From contig JAJDWX010000004.1 in the NCBI GenBank assembly GCA_022825385.1, positions 255-64,254 of the forward strand: a stretch of DNA of 64,000 nucleotides, in the 5' to 3' direction. The notes under the pieces are model-generated. The model searched no databases. It was given only the letters and a program-made list of their open reading frames with translations, and was not told where the DNA came from. Position 1 is the stretch's first letter. The number at the start of each line of letters is the position of its first letter. The DNA is from Rhodothermales bacterium. Its GTDB lineage: Bacteria; Bacteroidota; Rhodothermia; Rhodothermales; VXPQ01. Below, one piece after another: positions 41,875 through 52,330 of the stretch. The position numbers and the translations under genes are program-made.

Positions 41875-44202
41875 ATGTCGGACTCGCGATACTCCAAAGA
41901 AGAACTGGAACGCTACTTCAGCGACCCTTCCGCCCGGCGAGGCGGGCGCGGCAGACCTGCCGCCGGCGCAAAGCGAGGGTATTTACGCCGCCTTTTCCGC
42001 AACGAAAATCAGGCGCAGGCGGCGTTCCCGCTTTTCCTCGTCGGGGGCGGCTTCCTTGCCTTTGCCCTCTTCCTCGGAGGATGGGCGTTGCTGCTCTCGG
42101 ACGAATTGCCGGATTTTCGACAACTGGACAATCCCGATTTGCAACTGGCCACGGTCGCCTACACCACCGACGGCAAGGAACTTGCGCGCTATGCCTTCCA
42201 GAATCGCTCCTGGACCAGCTACGACGACATTTCGCCCCATGCCGTCAACGCGCTGGTCGCTACGGAAGACCGCCGGTTCCATAACCATTGGGGCATCGAT
42301 CCGCGCGGCATGGCCGCCGCCGCCGTAGACGTAATTCGGAAGGGCGAACTGCGCGGCGCCTCGACCATTACGCAACAACTGGCCCGCAACCTGTACAATC
42401 AGGATATCGGGTTCGAGGTATCCGTTTCCCGCAAACTCAAGGAAATGATTACGGCGGTGCTGCTGGAACGCCGCTACACCAAGCGGGAAATCATCGAAAT
42501 GTACCTGAATACGGTGCCTTTCAGCAACAACGCCTACGGAATAGAGGCGGCGGCGCGCACCTATTTCAGCAAATCGGCGAAGGAATTGTCCGCGCTGGAG
42601 GGCGCTACGCTCGTCGGGATGCTGAAAGCGAATACGTATTACAATCCCTATCGCAATCCCGAAAACGCGCGGCGCAGACGCAACGTGGTCCTGCGCCAAA
42701 TGGCGAGCCAGGGCTTCGTTTCGCAGGCGTTTTACGACGAGCGCCAGGCCGATTCGGTCCGCACCGAGTACAACCCCTCTTCGGAAGTGACCGCCGCCCT
42801 GGCGCCCTACTTCGCCGAGCAAGTACGCCTGTGGATGCGGGAATGGGCCGCGGAAAACGGGCATAATCTGTACCGGGACGGCTTGCGCGTCCACACGCCG
42901 CTGGACTCGCGGATGCAGGAAATCGCGCAACAGGCCGTGGACGAAAATATGGAGGGCCTGCAGGCCGTCGTGGATTACGAATGGAGTTACGGAGGCAGAT
43001 TCTGGCGCGAACTCGAACCGTATCTGGAGCAAACCGGTTACGAACCCTGGGCCCGGTACTGGCGCAATAATCCCGCAACGCTCCGGTCCTTCGTTCGGGG
43101 CACGGAGCGCTACCGCGCGCTTCGCCGCCAGCAGGAGATATCGCCGGAGGACGCCGTAGCCCAACTCAGCGAAAACGCCGCCTTTATGGATTCGCTCAAA
43201 ACGGCCAAGACGCGGCTTCAGGCGGGGCTTGTATCCATCGACCCGCATAACGGACACGTCAAAGCCTGGGTAGGCGGACGCAATCTCAAGACCGAGTGGT
43301 ACGACCATGTCAACAAGGCGGCGCGGCAACCCGGCTCCACCTTCAAGCCGTTCGTCTACACGGCGGCCATCGACAACGGATGGGCGCCCTGGCATCAACT
43401 GCCGGATAGCGCGTTCTCCTATGTAGACCCGGTCACCCGCGTAGCGTGGCAGCCGCAAAATGCGGACGATCAGGCGTCGGGACGCATGATGAGCCTGGCC
43501 GAAGGGTTGGCGCAGTCGAAGAACACCATTACGGCCCGCGTCATCACCGAGCTGGTGAATCCGGAGGAGGTTGCGAAATACGCGCAGCGGATGGGCATAC
43601 GAAGCGAACTGGATGCCGTCCCCGCGCTGGCGCTCGGCACCAGCGACATTACCTTGCTCGAACTGGCGACGGCGTTCGGCACGCTGGCGAGCGGCGGATT
43701 GCACCGCGAGCCGGTCCTGGTTACGCGCATCGAGGATCGCTACGGGAATATATTGTACGAGCATACCGACTCGCCAAGAGAGGCGCTCTCCCAGCAGACC
43801 GCGTACGCCGTCGTGAATATGATGCGGCGCGTGATCACCGACGGAACGGGACGGCGCATCCGGGGTCAATTCGGGCTGTACGAATACGACCTGGCGGGGA
43901 AGACGGGAACCACGCAGAACCATGCGGACGGCTGGTTCGGCATGATGCACCCGGAACTGGTTACCGGCGCATGGGTGGGCTTCAATGACCGGCGCGTGGC
44001 CTTTCGTTCGTTCTTTTGGGGACAGGGCGCGCACAATGCGCTGTTTCTGGTGGGGTCCTATTTCCGGGGCCTTGTCGATTCCGAAGAAGTTGAGATGAGC
44101 CGGGATCCGTTCCCCAGTCCGGAAGAGGCGGGCTGGACGTACGACGCGCCCGCCGGAGAACAGCAGGAAGTAAACGCCGGCGCGCGCAGCGTCGATTGGT
44201 AG
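41875..44202 (+). CDS. mrcA: penicillin-binding protein 1A (bifunctional transglycosylase/transpeptidase)
   Basis: Transglycosylase motifs (ATEDRRFHNHWGID, GASTITQQLARN, RKLKEM) and transpeptidase motifs (STFKP, SKN, KTGTT). The start was trimmed to the ATG at 41875. Confidence 0.9.
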   Translation: MSDSRYSKEELERYFSDPSARRGGRGRPAAGAKRGYLRRLFRNENQAQAAFPLFLVGGGFLAFALFLGGWALLLSDELPDFRQLDNPDLQLATVAYTTDGKELARYAFQNRSWTSYDDISPHAVNALVATEDRRFHNHWGIDPRGMAAAAVDVIRKGELRGASTITQQLARNLYNQDIGFEVSVSRKLKEMITAVLLERRYTKREIIEMYLNTVPFSNNAYGIEAAARTYFSKSAKELSALEGATLVGMLKANTYYNPYRNPENARRRRNVVLRQMASQGFVSQAFYDERQADSVRTEYNPSSEVTAALAPYFAEQVRLWMREWAAENGHNLYRDGLRVHTPLDSRMQEIAQQAVDENMEGLQAVVDYEWSYGGRFWRELEPYLEQTGYEPWARYWRNNPATLRSFVRGTERYRALRRQQEISPEDAVAQLSENAAFMDSLKTAKTRLQAGLVSIDPHNGHVKAWVGGRNLKTEWYDHVNKAARQPGSTFKPFVYTAAIDNGWAPWHQLPDSAFSYVDPVTRVAWQPQNADDQASGRMMSLAEGLAQSKNTITARVITELVNPEEVAKYAQRMGIRSELDAVPALALGTSDITLLELATAFGTLASGGLHREPVLVTRIEDRYGNILYEHTDSPREALSQQTAYAVVNMMRRVITDGTGRRIRGQFGLYEYDLAGKTGTTQNHADGWFGMMHPELVTGAWVGFNDRRVAFRSFFWGQGAHNALFLVGSYFRGLVDSEEVEMSRDPFPSPEEAGWTYDAPAGEQQEVNAGARSVDW

Positions 44203-44214
44203 CCGCGAAAAAGG

Positions 44215-45138
44215 CTATTCGCCGCCCCCGCGTCCCCGCCAGGTTCGGCAACCGGATCGGCGGAGGCGTTCCTCCGCTTCGGCGGCGTGCGTTTCGCCCT
44301 CGAACGCGCCGTACACCGCCGCGCCCGAACCGGACAGCGACGCATACGCGGCCCCCGCCTCTTCAAGGACGGCCTTCGCCGCAGCGATTCGAGGGTACCG
44401 GGGCAATATGACCTGCTCGAAATCGTTCGTCAGTTCTGCGCGCCAGCGGTCGGGGTCGGCGGACAAGAGCGCCGCGCGCACGTCCGGGCGACGCCGGTCG
44501 TTCGGCTCGATGAGCGCATACGCGGCGGCGGTCGAAACCTGTACGGGCGGCGCCGCCACGACAAGGATATACGGAAAAACGTACGGAGCGCCGCCCTCGC
44601 AAAGCGGCGTCAGCGCGTCGCCGCGCCCGGCGCCAAACGCCGCCGCATGGCCCGCTGCGAAGAACGCGGCGTCCGCGCCGACGGAGGCCGCAATGCGGAC
44701 GAGTTCTTCCCGGGGACGGGCCAATTGCCACAATTCGTTGAGCAAATGCAGGGCCGTCGCGGCGTCGCTCGACCCGCCCCCCAGTCCGGCCCCTACGGGA
44801 ATGGTTTTGCGCAAGGCGACCGACGCGCCCTTGTCCGGGTCCAGGCGGCGGGCGGCGCGCCAGACCAGGTTGTCGGGACCGGAAGGCACCTGGAGCAACG
44901 CATCGGCGGGCTTCGCGTCTTCCGCCGGGGCCACCTGCAAGGGGCCGGAAAACGGCGCCGCTTGGGCTTCCGGGCGGCGGGCGGGCGGCTGCACAGACAC
45001 TTCGTCGGCCCAGCCGATCCGCAAAAAGACGGTTTCGATGTCGCGATAGCCGTCGGGGCGTTTGCGAAGCACCTGCAAACCGAGGTTGATCTTGGCGGGA
45101 GCGGCCTTGCGAAGCGTCGTAGCGCAGGAAGGATGCAT
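44215..45138 (-). CDS. ispE: 4-diphosphocytidyl-2-C-methyl-D-erythritol kinase
   Basis: APAKINLGLQVLRKRPDGY..IETVF and IPVGAGLGGGSSDAAT (GHMP motif). The start was trimmed to the Met at 45138. Confidence 0.9.
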   Translation of the reverse strand: MHPSCATTLRKAAPAKINLGLQVLRKRPDGYRDIETVFLRIGWADEVSVQPPARRPEAQAAPFSGPLQVAPAEDAKPADALLQVPSGPDNLVWRAARRLDPDKGASVALRKTIPVGAGLGGGSSDAATALHLLNELWQLARPREELVRIAASVGADAAFFAAGHAAAFGAGRGDALTPLCEGGAPYVFPYILVVAAPPVQVSTAAAYALIEPNDRRRPDVRAALLSADPDRWRAELTNDFEQVILPRYPRIAAAKAVLEEAGAAYASLSGSGAAVYGAFEGETHAAEAEERLRRSGCRTWRGRGGGE

Positions 45139-45439
45139 CGTATTTCTACAAAATGCGCGGTGCGCGGGCGCGATGGCGGACGGGAAAAAGCGGACGGCGA
45201 CGCGGAATGTCCGGGGAACCCGGCGCCGCGCCGCGGGTTGCAGTATTTTTGCGCTACCCCTTGAAACGCCCGGAAAAAAGACGTATTTTACCAAGATACG
45301 CAATTTGTTAACTTCTGCCGTCGCCCTTTCGCCTCTCCCGGTCGAGCCTGCCTGCATATCGTTACAGAATTCTCTCGTACTTCCATAATCCGAATGCTCC
45401 GAGGGCGGCTCTGCGCTTTTCGGCGTCCCGGCAGACGGC

Positions 45440-47245
45440 ATGACAGGCCGAATCTTGTTTTTTTCGTTGCACAGGCGCTCCGCCATCTGGCGCGTTTCGG
45501 CGTGGACGATCCTCGCAATGTGCCTCTTGGCCCCAAGGACGGCGCAAGCCCAGTTCGATTCCCCGTTGGGCGACGCGGTAACCCCGGCGACCAGCGGCCC
45601 GGAAACGAACCCGCTCCAGGACCAGCTGACCCGCTTTCAGGGCGCGGGAGGCGTCATTCCCCTGGAGGGCACGGTGGACGCAGCGCAATATATCGTGGGG
45701 CCGGGGGACCTCTTCGAAATATCCGTAGGCGGTCCGCAACCCCTCATGGCGCCAACCGCCGTGTCTGCGGACGGGTATTTGATTTTGCCGGAGGCCGGCG
45801 CGGTGCAGGTGGGCGGACATTCCCTGCGCGAAGCGCGCAGCCGGGCGAAAGCAGCGTTGCAGGAATCGTTCCGAAACGTGCGCGTGGAAATCGCGCTGGC
45901 GCAACCAAGGCAGTTTTACGTGCATGTGTCGGGGGCCGTGCCCTTTCCCGGACGCTACCTGGCGACGCCCGTGGGGCGCGTGGCGGGCGTATTGAGCCTG
46001 GCGTACGCGGACACCACCCGGGCGCCGACCGGAAATATGCGGTTTCGTCCCGCCTTGCGCAATGTCCTGCTGACCCATACGGACGGAACGCAGGAAACGG
46101 TGGACCTGTTGCGGTACCATGCGACCGGCAGCACGGAACATAACCCGTACCTGCGGGACGGAGACATCGTGTCCGTGCCTGCGTTCGATCCCGATTACGG
46201 CGCGGTCTTCATATCGGGTAACGTGGCTTTTCCGGGGATATACGACCACCGGCCGGACGATACGCTTGCGGACCTGCTTGCGTTGGCCACCGGAGAAGAA
46301 ACGCCCCGCCCTTCGCAACGCGTTCGCCTCTCCCGGGTACTGGCGGACGGCTCCGCGGAGGCCGAAATATACGAGGCGGACGCGCTGCAGGGCGAGGCGG
46401 GCGTTCCGGTGCTGGCGCGGGACCAGGTGCATGTGCTGGCCGAAGACATGGCGCGCGGCGTAGTCGAAATCAACGGGTGGGTGCAGTACCCCGGCGCCTA
46501 TCCTATCCTGTCCGGCGAAACGACCCTGCAAGGCCTCGTAGCGCTTGCCGGCGGCCTGCGGCCGGGGGCGCTGGCGCGGGCGGCGCACCTCAAGCGGTCG
46601 CCCCTGCCCCTGCCGGAAGCGGACTACGAAGCCCGATTCGGCGCGCTCGCGGGCTTGCCCGACGCGGTTCCGGCGGACACGCTGGCGCTCATGCAAGCGA
46701 CCCGCCTGGCGGACATGGACTTCTTCGGCAACGCGTACCTGAAGCATGACCTGCGGATGCATAGCAGCGTACCCATCGATTTGACCGTGGCGCTTGGCGA
46801 AGGGGCCGCTCCGATTCTTCTTCAGGACGGCGACAAGGTGTACGTGCCGCGCGACAACAACCAGGTTTTCGTTTTCGGGCAGGTGAATCGGCCGGGATAC
46901 GTCCCGCACCGGCCTGGCATGTCGCTACAGGAGTATGTGCGCGCGGCAAGCGGAGCGGGAGAAAACGCCGGAAAATCCTACGTAATCAAAGCCGGGACCA
47001 ATCGCTTCGCGGCGGCTTCCGAAACAACCATCGAATCGGGAGACCGCATCTTCGTGAATCGGGAAAACATGTTTGCGGACACGGAAGAACTGCAACGGCT
47101 CCTTACCGAAGGCGAGCGCCTGGACCTGGAAAACGAGCGAATGGGTCTGGAGAAACGATCCTTCACCTTCCAGACCATTCTGACGACGGTTGGAACCATC
47201 ACGGGATTCGTCACCACATACTTGCTGATCCAGCAACAGCAATAA
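45440..47245 (+). CDS. polysaccharide export protein (Wza-like, Poly_export + SLBB repeats)
   Basis: A signal peptide is followed by YIVGPGDLFEISVGG, repeated GAV..PG.Y units, and a C-terminal TM helix. Confidence 0.8.
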   Translation: MTGRILFFSLHRRSAIWRVSAWTILAMCLLAPRTAQAQFDSPLGDAVTPATSGPETNPLQDQLTRFQGAGGVIPLEGTVDAAQYIVGPGDLFEISVGGPQPLMAPTAVSADGYLILPEAGAVQVGGHSLREARSRAKAALQESFRNVRVEIALAQPRQFYVHVSGAVPFPGRYLATPVGRVAGVLSLAYADTTRAPTGNMRFRPALRNVLLTHTDGTQETVDLLRYHATGSTEHNPYLRDGDIVSVPAFDPDYGAVFISGNVAFPGIYDHRPDDTLADLLALATGEETPRPSQRVRLSRVLADGSAEAEIYEADALQGEAGVPVLARDQVHVLAEDMARGVVEINGWVQYPGAYPILSGETTLQGLVALAGGLRPGALARAAHLKRSPLPLPEADYEARFGALAGLPDAVPADTLALMQATRLADMDFFGNAYLKHDLRMHSSVPIDLTVALGEGAAPILLQDGDKVYVPRDNNQVFVFGQVNRPGYVPHRPGMSLQEYVRAASGAGENAGKSYVIKAGTNRFAAASETTIESGDRIFVNRENMFADTEELQRLLTEGERLDLENERMGLEKRSFTFQTILTTVGTITGFVTTYLLIQQQQ

Positions 47246-47250
47246 GCGTA

Positions 47251-48477
47251 ATGACCTCCGAAACCTTGCTCCCGCCAGACGAGAAAGAACCGTCCGCGGG
47301 GTACGACGAGCAGGCGCGCCGCGAACGGGCGGAAGACGCACTCTGGACCGCGCTGGGTACGTTGTACCGGCGGAGGCGGGTGGTGCTTGGGGTGACGATC
47401 TTTGCAGGCGTAGCGTCCGTGATTATCAGTTTGCTCCTTGCCAACTGGTACCGAGGAACCGTTCGCGTACTCATTCCGGAAGGAAGCGATAGTTCGCTGG
47501 CTGCCGGTCTGCTGGGGGGACTGCCTGCAGGAGCGGCGGCCCTGTTAGGAGGCGGTCCCGCAGGAGACTACACGCGCTATCTGGCTATCCTGACCAGCCG
47601 TTCCATGATGGAAGCCGCGGTGGATTCTTTCGACCTTATCACAGTGTATAAAACAGAGGATAAGGAACACCCGCTGGAAGAAGCCCGTGCGATTCTTGAA
47701 GACAATGTGTCCTTTGAAGTAGATATGGAATATTATTTTCTATCCATCTCTGTGCTGGACAAGGAGCCCCAACGCGCTGCCGATATGGCCAACTTCCTGG
47801 TGCGTCGTCTTAATGAAATGAGCATGGGACTTTCCAGCGAGGGGGCGTTCGGTTATCGCCATTCGCTGGAAAAACGCTACGAGGAAGCCCGGACTGCCAT
47901 GGATTCCGTGCTGTACGCCACGCAAAAATTCCAGGAAGAACACGGCGTATACGACCTGACCTCGCAGACAGAAAGTTTTTTCGAACAAGTGGGTACGTTA
48001 CGGAGAGGCGCGCTGGAGGCGGAAATTCAATATGAAACGCTTCGATCGCAATACGGGGAGAACAATGCACAGGTTCAAACCATGCGAGAGATTGCGCTTG
48101 CCTCCGATCAGAAATATAGACAAGCGTTGGCCGGCAAGGAGCAAATACTCCCTGTGGCGCAAGAGGAGGTGCCTTCGGTCGTAAACACATACCTCGAACT
48201 GGAGCTGGAAACCATGATCCAGCGCAGCATTCTCGAAGTATTGGCGCCGTTATACGAGCAGGCCCGCTTTCAGGAAGACCGGGAGATGCTTGCCGTGCAG
48301 ATTCTGGACAAGGCGATCCCGCCCACCCTCAAAGCAAAACCCAAACGGTCTATTATTTGCATCCTCGCAACAGTATCCGCCTTTCTGCTGGCCGTAGCGT
48401 ATGTACTTGCGTATGACTGGTGGGGCAGGAATCACGGAAACTTTCTACGGAGACTCCAAGCGCGCATCTCGGCGTAA
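47251..48477 (+). CDS. chain-length determinant (Wzz/GumC-like) protein
   Basis: It has an N-terminal TM segment (VTIFAGVASVIISLLLANWY), a long periplasmic coiled coil, and a C-terminal TM segment (IICILATVSAFLLAVAYVLAY). Confidence 0.75.
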   Translation: MTSETLLPPDEKEPSAGYDEQARRERAEDALWTALGTLYRRRRVVLGVTIFAGVASVIISLLLANWYRGTVRVLIPEGSDSSLAAGLLGGLPAGAAALLGGGPAGDYTRYLAILTSRSMMEAAVDSFDLITVYKTEDKEHPLEEARAILEDNVSFEVDMEYYFLSISVLDKEPQRAADMANFLVRRLNEMSMGLSSEGAFGYRHSLEKRYEEARTAMDSVLYATQKFQEEHGVYDLTSQTESFFEQVGTLRRGALEAEIQYETLRSQYGENNAQVQTMREIALASDQKYRQALAGKEQILPVAQEEVPSVVNTYLELELETMIQRSILEVLAPLYEQARFQEDREMLAVQILDKAIPPTLKAKPKRSIICILATVSAFLLAVAYVLAYDWWGRNHGNFLRRLQARISA

Positions 48478-49934
48478 TGATCAGCGAGAAACTGTCCCTT
48501 TCTCTTGACGCACTAACGCCTGAGCGCCTGTTCGCGTGGACACGGCCAATGCTCTATGCAGGATTGGCCTTCGGCCTTCTCCTCGTTGTATTGGGGACTT
48601 GGCTTTCTCCGCTCCTGTTAGCCGTACTGGCTATAGTCTGTCTCGGCGGCCTTGCCTTCGGATTTCTGGCGCGCAACGAAATGGCCTTGCTGTGCGCCAT
48701 ACTGGCTGGCTTCGTCGTTTCGGCCAACTACGAAGCCGGATTTCAAATACAGGAAATTTTCTACGGGCTACTGTATTTCGGATATCTGACCTACTGGTTC
48801 ATTAGCCGTTTTCTCTTTTATCGAGATCGTGTCCTGAAAACACCCATCGACTGGGCGCTTTTTCTCTTTTTAGTCTATGTTACGCTATCCCTTGGACTTA
48901 CCCCTTTGCTTGGCGGCAATATACAATTCGCTATCAGCGAATGGCTGGCCATTACAATGCTGGCTTTCTATTTTCCAATCAAGGAAATCTGCATCCGTCG
49001 CGCCGGCCTGCTTCCCCAAAAACCTATTTTGATCAGTTTGGGCTTCGTAACGCTTTTTATTGCGCTACGCAATTTCTGGTTCTACCAAGCCGACATCAAC
49101 AATGCAGAATTCCTGTGGCAGATCGCAACCGGTCGTGTCGTTACAAACGAACATGTACTCTTGATGGGAGGCCTGATGGCGCTGACTATTCTTTTGTACA
49201 GTCGGAAAAAAATTCATGTTGCGGCAATTGCTGGCGTTTTCACGCTTCTCTCTGCGGGCATCGTGATCGGACAAAGTCGCGCCTTGTGGGTATCTTACAT
49301 GCTGGGGATTGCTGTTATTTTCTTGTGTGTTAATCGCAAAAAGAAGTTCTGGATCGTATCTATGGCCGCTTTGGGAGGCATCGTATTCTTTGCAGTGGGA
49401 ACATTGGTTTTCGATAACTTTTTTTCGCTTATTATCGCCGGGCTTACAGAACGTTTTCTCTCTCTGCAAACCGCTACGGTCAAGGACCTTTCCCTGATCA
49501 ACCGTTTCTTCGAAGCGCGCGCAGCACTGGAATACATCGTCATGAACCCTATTGTAGGGTACGGTTTCGGAGTCCCAATCAAGTATTACAGTCTCGTCTA
49601 TGAATGGACCCACGAAACCTCCTTCATTCATAACGGTCCGGTGGGCATATGGTACCGCCACGGCCTCATAGGACTTGGACTCCTCGGCACATTTTATATT
49701 GGAACCATCGCGCGAACCATTCGAATACTGCGCATACCCGCCAGTGCGCGCATCGACCGTATCGTGGCCATTTTTGTCATGGCCTGCCTGATTGCGGAAA
49801 GCCTCGTGGGAAACACGGAGAACCCGTTCGCTACCGGCGACAAGACCCTGTTCATCGGGGCTTTAGCCGGCTTGGCCGCTGCATCAGCCCATAACACGGC
49901 CCAACGTACCCAGGCCAAGCCTCATGTCGCCTGA
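48477..49934 (+). CDS. O-antigen polymerase/ligase family (Wzy-like) membrane protein
   Basis: Polytopic protein with a GQSRALW-type loop. The start was trimmed to the ATG at 48477, which overlaps the upstream stop. Confidence 0.75.
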   Translation: MISEKLSLSLDALTPERLFAWTRPMLYAGLAFGLLLVVLGTWLSPLLLAVLAIVCLGGLAFGFLARNEMALLCAILAGFVVSANYEAGFQIQEIFYGLLYFGYLTYWFISRFLFYRDRVLKTPIDWALFLFLVYVTLSLGLTPLLGGNIQFAISEWLAITMLAFYFPIKEICIRRAGLLPQKPILISLGFVTLFIALRNFWFYQADINNAEFLWQIATGRVVTNEHVLLMGGLMALTILLYSRKKIHVAAIAGVFTLLSAGIVIGQSRALWVSYMLGIAVIFLCVNRKKKFWIVSMAALGGIVFFAVGTLVFDNFFSLIIAGLTERFLSLQTATVKDLSLINRFFEARAALEYIVMNPIVGYGFGVPIKYYSLVYEWTHETSFIHNGPVGIWYRHGLIGLGLLGTFYIGTIARTIRILRIPASARIDRIVAIFVMACLIAESLVGNTENPFATGDKTLFIGALAGLAAASAHNTAQRTQAKPHVA

Positions 49935-51246
49935 ATACACAGCCAGCGATACCGGCAAAAAACAGCTGCGACCCGGTTTGTTGGCGAACATATCCTGGTT
50001 GAGCATTGCTAATGCCATTGTGAAACCGCTATGGTTTCTGTTCATTACGGCGGCATGTATGCGGCTGCTGGGCGTACAGGAATTTGGGGTGCTCACAGCA
50101 GCCTTGTCGCTAACCATGATTGCCGCGGGATTCGTCGATCTCGGTATGGCGCCATACACCGTACGGGAAATATCGCGTACCCTGGATAAGGCATCGCTCT
50201 ACTTCTCGAACTTCATGACATTGAGGATCGCGAATTCGTTTCTTGCCTGGGCAAGCGCACTGTTTGTTGCGATATTGCTTGATTATCGCGGGAATGCCTT
50301 GCTGGCTGTGTGCTTCGCAGGCATGTACGCCCTGACGCTAAACCTTACGAACTACTGCCGCAGTATGTACCAGGCATTTGAAAACCTGCGACAGGAAGCA
50401 ATCATGCTGATCGTGGAAAAAACGTTGGTGATTGGCGGCGGCCTGCTTCTGTTATTCACTACTCGTTCGGCAGCGTGGACACTCGCAGGCATGGCGCTTG
50501 GCATGACAATAACCACAGGAATCAACATTTGGGGCATCGACAAGCGATTTGCAAAGATACGCAGATCGCTGGTCAGCCTAAATTTTCTGAAGCGATCACT
50601 CAAAATCATGATCCCATTCGGTCTGGCGGGGCTATTCACGGTAATATATTATCGTGTGGATATGGTAATGATCGAAGCCATGCTCGGCGTAATTCCTACC
50701 GGACAGTATGGAGCCGCTTATCGTATTCTGGAAGCGCTACACATAGTACCTATGATCGTAGGGTTGGCTGCTATTTATCCTCGGCTCGCCCGACTGCATC
50801 AAGATGGCGCGTATTCCGATTTCAAACGGCTGTTGCGAAACAGCCTTCTTGGCCTCGTTGGCATTAGTATACTTGTCAGCTTTGTGCTTACCGTGCTGTC
50901 TGGCGCGATAATTCGGCTACTGGATCCGGACCCTGCCTACGCTCCTGCTGCCGACGCCTTACGCATACTCGCTTGGACGTTCCCCTTCATATGCGCCAAG
51001 AGCCTTTTGTATTCGGCGATGCTCTGTATGGACCGTCAACGCCTGGTTGCCATTGTACTTGGATTCGCTGTTCTGTTTAATATAATACTGAACGCCTTCA
51101 TGATTCCGGCGCAAGGAATTCAGGGTGCCGCCACGGCAACAATCTTCACGGAAGTGTTGCTTACAGCGATCTTTGTGGCACATTATGGGCGTACGCATTT
51201 CCCTCAGGAAATTTCACAGCAGGAATTTAAACTGAGCAACACTTAA
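49924..51246 (+). CDS. polysaccharide flippase (Wzx / MOP superfamily)
   Basis: 440 aa with about 12 hydrophobic segments. The typical N-terminus is NISWLSIANAIVKPLWFLFI. It overlaps the upstream gene by 11 nt. Confidence 0.8.
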   Translation: MSPEYTASDTGKKQLRPGLLANISWLSIANAIVKPLWFLFITAACMRLLGVQEFGVLTAALSLTMIAAGFVDLGMAPYTVREISRTLDKASLYFSNFMTLRIANSFLAWASALFVAILLDYRGNALLAVCFAGMYALTLNLTNYCRSMYQAFENLRQEAIMLIVEKTLVIGGGLLLLFTTRSAAWTLAGMALGMTITTGINIWGIDKRFAKIRRSLVSLNFLKRSLKIMIPFGLAGLFTVIYYRVDMVMIEAMLGVIPTGQYGAAYRILEALHIVPMIVGLAAIYPRLARLHQDGAYSDFKRLLRNSLLGLVGISILVSFVLTVLSGAIIRLLDPDPAYAPAADALRILAWTFPFICAKSLLYSAMLCMDRQRLVAIVLGFAVLFNIILNAFMIPAQGIQGAATATIFTEVLLTAIFVAHYGRTHFPQEISQQEFKLSNT

Positions 51247-51292
51247 AAATCGAAATCAAGCATCCTAACCACTTAATCACGAAAAAAACGTC

Positions 51293-52330
51293 ATGGCGCT
51301 TATTATTTCCACATGGATGTACACCCTTCCAGAAGGAGATAGCGCACGTCACCCTCAAATGGGCGCGCGTAGTGATACTACCGAGGCGAAAAACGCATAT
51401 TGGCGGTGTGCTTTTTGTATGTTTGCTTCTTCGCATGTACACAATCCTCAAGCTCGGCATATTCTTTTCTGCAATGAACTTCCTCCAAAATATATCGATG
51501 GGCAATCTACGAAAGAATTATCTGAGCAATTCGCTATAGAATATGTTCCATTTCCATCCATTACGCGTCCTCCCGAGGATTATTACCCGCTATGGAATAC
51601 ACAGTTTATCGTTCTTGATGCTTTAGACGGTTTGAAAAATATTGCACAGGGCGAAGATTCGATATTACTATTGGATGGAGATATGATTTTTACCCGTCCT
51701 TTCCCTGAACAGGCTACGGAACGTGTCCAGAAGTTGAAAGCACTAACATATAACATGAACTATCCCGCCGATCAATTAATTAATGGACTTACTCATCATG
51801 ACCTTCAGAAGGTTTCACATACCTATCAGCCTCCCCCTCCGAATAATGTAATCTATTGCGGGGGAGAATTTATCTTTCTTTCTCAATCTATACTACATAA
51901 ATTTCTGGCGCGCGCCCGTGATGGTTATGAGCAGTGTATTCAAAAACATAAAGCAGGAGAACAAAATTTTTGCGAAGAAGGTCATCTTTTGAGTTGGGTA
52001 TACGCTACCTTAAACATTCCTGTTGGCACAGCCAATGATTTGGTTCATCGGATATGGACTGACCGGGGTGTATACTGTAACGTACCAAAAAATTTCGAAT
52101 CGCTCGTTCTATGGCATTTACCCGCAGAAAAGAAAAAAGGTTTTGTTAAAGCATTTGCAAAATTGGCATCTTCCAAAGACACAATCAATATTTTCACGAA
52201 TATTAATGAAATGGCAAAATGTTTTCGGCTGACTGTACCTGCATATGTGACTATACCAATGACAATACGACGTTTACTTCGTAAGATATATTATATGTTA
52301 CGTGAAATTATACGTAATAAATCTTCCTGA
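51293..52330 (+). CDS. hypothetical protein, possibly a DxD glycosyltransferase
   Basis: 345 aa in a clearly AT-richer region. ILLLDGDMIF is a DxD-like motif. No firm family assignment. Confidence 0.55.
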   Translation: MALIISTWMYTLPEGDSARHPQMGARSDTTEAKNAYWRCAFCMFASSHVHNPQARHILFCNELPPKYIDGQSTKELSEQFAIEYVPFPSITRPPEDYYPLWNTQFIVLDALDGLKNIAQGEDSILLLDGDMIFTRPFPEQATERVQKLKALTYNMNYPADQLINGLTHHDLQKVSHTYQPPPPNNVIYCGGEFIFLSQSILHKFLARARDGYEQCIQKHKAGEQNFCEEGHLLSWVYATLNIPVGTANDLVHRIWTDRGVYCNVPKNFESLVLWHLPAEKKKGFVKAFAKLASSKDTINIFTNINEMAKCFRLTVPAYVTIPMTIRRLLRKIYYMLREIIRNKSS